Below are positions 58,521-64,000 of a stretch of 64,000 bases of DNA, piece by piece. Below the pieces are notes generated by a model. The model did not search any database and was not told the origin of the DNA. It saw nothing but the letters and a program-made list of their open reading frames with translations. Each line of letters starts with the position of its first letter. Position 1 is the first letter of the stretch. Source of the stretch: Eledone cirrhosa (Eukaryota); NCBI GenBank assembly GCA_964016885.1, contig OZ024764.1:14198001-14262000 (forward strand), written 5' to 3'. The position numbers and the translations under genes are program-made.

Positions 58521-58591
58521 TATTTTATTATGCGCATTTCAAAAACAAATATCATCATGCAATAACATTTGTGTTTTCATCAGATAAAATA
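58521..58591 (-). ncRNA. type I hammerhead ribozyme motif (family D-related)
   Basis: Minus strand TATTTTAT-CTGATGA-AAACACAAATGTTATT..GATGATATTTGTTTTT-GAAA-TGCGCA-TA-ATAAAATA; 8-bp stem I, ~15-bp stem II, palindromic stem III. Confidence 0.8.
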
Positions 58592-59184
58592 GGAAGACAT
58601 GATATGAAGGTTAAAGAACACTTATCCGATATCTGCATTGCTTTATTGTACTACAATAAAACTCACCCCCTACATTATATATATATATATAAACGTTTTA
58701 ACGCTTTCGTTACCATATTTGTAATGAAAGACACTGTTGGTGTTTGGAACATAACTTAACAAAGGTTCTTACATAAAATTATGATGGAAGGTTTTTAGAT
58801 AAATATAAACACTTTAACCCTTTCATTACCATATTTCTAATGAAAGACGCCGTTGGTGTTTGGAACATAACTTAACATTATAGCTTAGTGCTTTTTGTCA
58901 TGACACCTACACAACCACTTTACAGGGTTGGGTAGGAGTCATGACAAAAAAAAATATAATATATATATATATATATATATAATATATATATATATTATAT
59001 ATATATATATATATATAAATAAATATATATACATATATACAAGTACAATAACAACAAACACATATAAACACACACTAGTGAAAAAGATAGAATACAAAAA
59101 CAAAAACACATACACTCAAACGCGAACACACACACCAAACATTAAACACACACGCAAACGCATGTGCAGATTCAGAGACAAGAA

Positions 59185-59227
<43 letters not shown>

Positions 59228-59348
59228 AATAAAAATGGCGTAGACATTACTATACAATACAATGGGAGGGAACATAATAATAGAACCACTGGTGATGCCG
59301 CAGATGTGCAACAAAAGAACTTTGATAGACTGTATATATATATTTATA

Positions 59349-59605
59349 TCTGAGAGAAGGCTGAGATGGTACGGACATGTGATGCGCATGGAGGATGACC
59401 GCTGGGTGAAGAGGTGCCAGGAAGTCCCAGTGGAGGGAAGACGCAGTAGAGGTAGACCACGAAAAAGATGGGCGGAGGTGGTGAGAACAGACCTCAGATC
59501 GCTGAAACTCACCGAGGAGATGACGAAGGGTAGTGACAAGTGGAAAGATGCTGTGCTGAATAGGACCCGTCCAACCCTTGCAAGCAGGGAAAAGCGGACG
59601 TATGG

Positions 59606-59636
<31 letters not shown>
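59349..59636 (+). mobile_element. second RTE-clade LINE family, extreme 3' fragment
   Basis: ERRLRWYGHVMRMEDDRWVKR..EGRRSRGRPRKRW; tail CCCTTGCAAGCAGGGAAAAGCGGACGTATG(GAT)n. Confidence 0.9.
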
Positions 59637-59735
59637 CTGTATTTTTAACCGTTGGTCAATCAATGATAAACATTGCCAAATAAATTAACTATGGAGATAT
59701 AAAAGATACAGAAGTGAAAACCAACCCCAAACCAA

Positions 59736-59895
59736 TGGCAGTATCGGTAGAGGGTCGGACACCATGCTTTGGCGCATAGAGTTACGGCCCTTGCCATTCT
59801 GAGTTCAAATCCCGCCGAGGTTAACTTTGCCTTTCATCCTTACAGGGTCGATAAAATAAAGTACCAGTAATGTACTGGGTAATTGCTGGCCTTGT
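59736..59895 (+). mobile_element. SINE family E
   Basis: TGGCAGTATCGGTAGAGGGTCGGAC..GAGTTCAAATCCCGCCGAGG..GCTGGCCTTGT. Confidence 0.88.
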
Positions 59896-59940
59896 ATTAA
59901 AAGAAGAAACAATTATTACAATATGACTCTCTCCAAGTAT

Positions 59941-60009
<69 letters not shown>

Positions 60010-60091
60010 AGGGCCGAAATACTTGGTTGAAGGGGTTTCTTCTCTGAAGACCTGCTGTCCAGCTCTCCTGGGAGTTTCTTACAATGATATG

Positions 60092-60131
<40 letters not shown>

Positions 60132-60201
60132 TTACACACACACACACATATATACACATCTATGCATAAATACATATATATATAAATGTATATATATATA
60201 T

Positions 60202-60242
<41 letters not shown>

Positions 60243-60354
60243 TTACACACACACACACATATATACACATCTATGCATAAATACATATATATATAAATGT
60301 ATATATATATATATATACATACATATATATATATATATATATAAATATAAATAT

Positions 60355-60399
<45 letters not shown>

Positions 60400-60510
60400 A
60401 ATGTATATACATATATAAATAAATGTGTATATATACATATTTATATACTTAAATATTTATATATACATATAGAAATACACATATATACATACATATATAT
60501 ATATATACAC

Positions 60511-60557
<47 letters not shown>

Positions 60558-60590
60558 TAAAGATATACATACATATATATATATATACAC

Positions 60591-60639
<49 letters not shown>

Positions 60640-60949
60640 TAAAGATATACATACATATATATATACACACACACACATATATACACACACATGTGTTTTC
60701 CCCATCAACAGGGAAACAAGATATAAAAAATATCCCACAGCTGTTTCTCTTCCTTCTAGAGTCTCCACCCCACCAAACCCTAACCCACACAGCCCTCACC
60801 CTCACACAACACCACCCCTACACCTCCCCACCCCACACAACACCACCCCTTACATCGCCCACCCCTCTGTCTTCTACCACCACCACCACCACCACCACCA
60901 CCTTCTCTGCACTGAACTCTTTCCATTAGCATGTAAGTGCTGCTGATTG

Positions 60950-61790
60950 TGTGTGTGTGAACATGTGTTTGTGTGCGTGTGTTTGAACGTGTGTGTGTGT
61001 GTGGGAACATGTGTGTGTGTGTGTGGGAACATGTGTGTGTGTGTGTGTATGAACATGTGTGAACATGTGTTTGGATGTGTGTATGAACGTGTGTGGTGAA
61101 CATGTGTTTGTGTGTGTGCATGAACGTGTGTGAACATGTGTGTGTGTGTGAACATGTGTTTGTGTGTGTGTATGAACGTGTGTGAACATGTGTTTGTGTG
61201 TGTGCATGAACGGGTGTGAACATGTGTGTGTGTGAACATGTGTTTGTGTGTGAACATGTGTATGTGTGTGAACATGTGTTTGTGTGTGTGTATGAACGTG
61301 TGTGAACATGTGTTTGTGTGTGTGAATGTATGTGTGTGTGTGTGCGTCTGTGTGAACATGTGTGTGTACATGTGTGTGAACATGTTTGTGTGTGTGTGTG
61401 TGTGTGTGAATGTGTTTGTGTGGACATCGTGTGTGAACAAATGTGTGTTTGAACATGTGTGTGTGTGTGTGAACATGTGTGTGTACATGTGTGTGAACAT
61501 GTTTGTGTGTGTGTGTGTGTGTGTGAATGTGTTTGTGTGGACATCGTGTGTGAACAAATGTGTGTTTGAACATGTGTGTGTGTGTGTGTGTGAACGTGTG
61601 TGTGTGTAGGTGAACATATGTGTGTGTACATATGTATGTGTGTCTGAGTGAACATGTGTGTGAACGTGTGTGTGTGTGTGAACGTGTGTGTGTGTGTAGG
61701 TGTACATATGTATGTGTGTCTGAGTGAACATGTGTGTGTGTGTGTAGGTGAACATTTATGTGCATGTGTTGGTAAATATGTGTGTGTGTG
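60950..61790. repeat. (GT)n array punctuated by GAACAT/GAACGT
   Basis: Directly visible. Confidence 0.9.
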
Positions 61791-62022
61791 TATATATATA
61801 TATATGTAAGGCATGTGTGTGTTTATGGACAGTTTTCACACACACACTTTTACAAATTCACACACACACACACACATATATATAACATACATACATACAT
61901 ATATATATATATGTATATATATGTGTGTGTGTGTGTGAATATTCAATGTGGTCTAACTTGTGATAGGGTATATATTATAGTTAAATAATGTCATATTATA
62001 TATATATGTGTATATATATGTG

Positions 62023-62059
<37 letters not shown>

Positions 62060-62220
62060 GTGTGTGTATATATATATATGTGTGTGTGTGTATATATATA
62101 TGTATATATATATATATATATATGTGTATATGTGTGTGTATATATATATGTATATATATATGTGTGTGTGTATAAATATATGTGTGTGTGTATATATATA
62201 TATGTGTGTGTATATATATA

Positions 62221-62295
<75 letters not shown>

Positions 62296-62571
62296 ATATA
62301 TATATCTTTGTATGTATGTATATATATATATATATATACACACATATATACGTACATATATACATACATACAAACATACATACATATATATACACACTTT
62401 TTCACAGATTTCCTCACATATACATGTATCTATATACATGTATCTATATACATATATACATACACACATGTATATATACACACATGTATATACATCCCCA
62501 ATAGTACAGTACAAGGATCACCAACACCACCATCATCATCAACATCATTAGCAACAACTCAATACAACAGT

Positions 62572-63419
62572 ACCACCACCACCACCACCACCAACACCAC
62601 CACCACCACAACCACCACCACCATAACCACCACCAGCACCACCATCACCACCACCACCACCACCACCACCATCAACACCACCACCACCACCACCACCACC
62701 ACCACCATCAACACCACCACCACCACCACCACCACCACCACCACCACCACTATCACCACCACCACCTCCACCACCACCATAACCACCACCAGCACCACCA
62801 TCACCACCACCACCATCAACACCACCACCACCACCACCACCACCACCACCACCACCAGCACCACCATCACCACCACCACCACCACCACCACCACCACCAC
62901 CACCACCACCACCACCTCCACCACCACCACCACCACCAGCACCACCACCACCACCACCACCAGCACCACCACCACCACCACCACCACTACCACCAGGACC
63001 ACCACCACCACCACCACCACCACCACCACCACCACCACAACCATCAACACCAGTACCATCACCACCACCACCACCACCACCACCTCCACCACCACCACCA
63101 GCACCATCACCACCACCACCACCACCACCACCACCACCAACACCACCACCACCACCACCACCACCACCACCACCACCACCACCACCAACAACATCACCAC
63201 CACCACCACCAACACCACCACTACCACCACCACCACCACTACCACCACCACCACCACTACCACCACCACCACCACCACCACCACCACCACCATCACCACC
63301 ACCACCACCACCACCACTACCACCACCACCACTAACACCACCACTACCACCACCACTACCACCACCACCACCACTACCACCACCACCACCACCACCACCA
63401 CCACCACCACCACCACCAG

Positions 63420-63451
<32 letters not shown>

Positions 63452-63534
63452 GCACCACCACCACCACCACTACCACCACCACCAACACCACCACCACCAC
63501 CACCACCACCACCACCACCACCACCACCACCACC

Positions 63535-63565
<31 letters not shown>

Positions 63566-63621
63566 CCACCACCACCACCACCACCACTACCACCACCACC
63601 ACCACCAGCACCAGCACCACC

Positions 63622-63652
<31 letters not shown>

Positions 63653-63807
63653 CCACCACCACCACCACCACCACCACCACCACCACCACCAGCACCATCA
63701 CCACCACCACCACCACCACCACTACCACCACCACCACCACCAGCACCAGCACCACCACCACCACCACCACCACTACCACCACCACCACCACCAGCACCAG
63801 CACCACC

Positions 63808-63838
<31 letters not shown>

Positions 63839-63951
63839 CCACCACCACCACCACCACCACCACCACCACCACCACCACCACCACCAGCACCACCACCACC
63901 ACCCCCAGCACCATCACCACCACCACCACCACCAGCACCACCACCACCACC

Positions 63952-63984
<33 letters not shown>

Positions 63985-64000
63985 ACCACCACCACCACCA
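62572..64000. repeat. (CAC)n trinucleotide array running off the window
   Basis: Directly visible. Confidence 0.95.

Noticed and set aside
60005-60090. GGGCCGAAATAC.. and CTGAAGA in a TA-flanked island
   Set aside because: Could not assemble consistent stems; no second copy in the window

Overview
Eukaryotic, AT-rich, almost entirely repetitive DNA. The SINE, MITE and microsatellite content resembles an octopus (coleoid cephalopod) genome; this is recognition from memory, not a database result. Nearly all listed ORFs are artefacts of (TA)n/(CA)n/(CAC)n tracts or minisatellites. Supported content: (1) tRNA-headed SINE families, several copies with clear target-site duplications; (2) RTE-clade LINE 3' fragments, one sharing its 3' tail with the main SINE and one with a 5' inversion; (3) tandem arrays of 49, 51, 72 and ~115 bp that each grew inside a transposon body; (4) many short elements sitting in (TA)n tracts, often as hairpin-plus-tail structures, several carrying type I hammerhead ribozyme motifs of the Penelope-like (PLE) kind, five of them structurally complete and four of these showing covarying stems; (5) one candidate first coding exon on the minus strand (46808-46946, MPDSPDFKPP...). 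All folds and alignments were read by eye.
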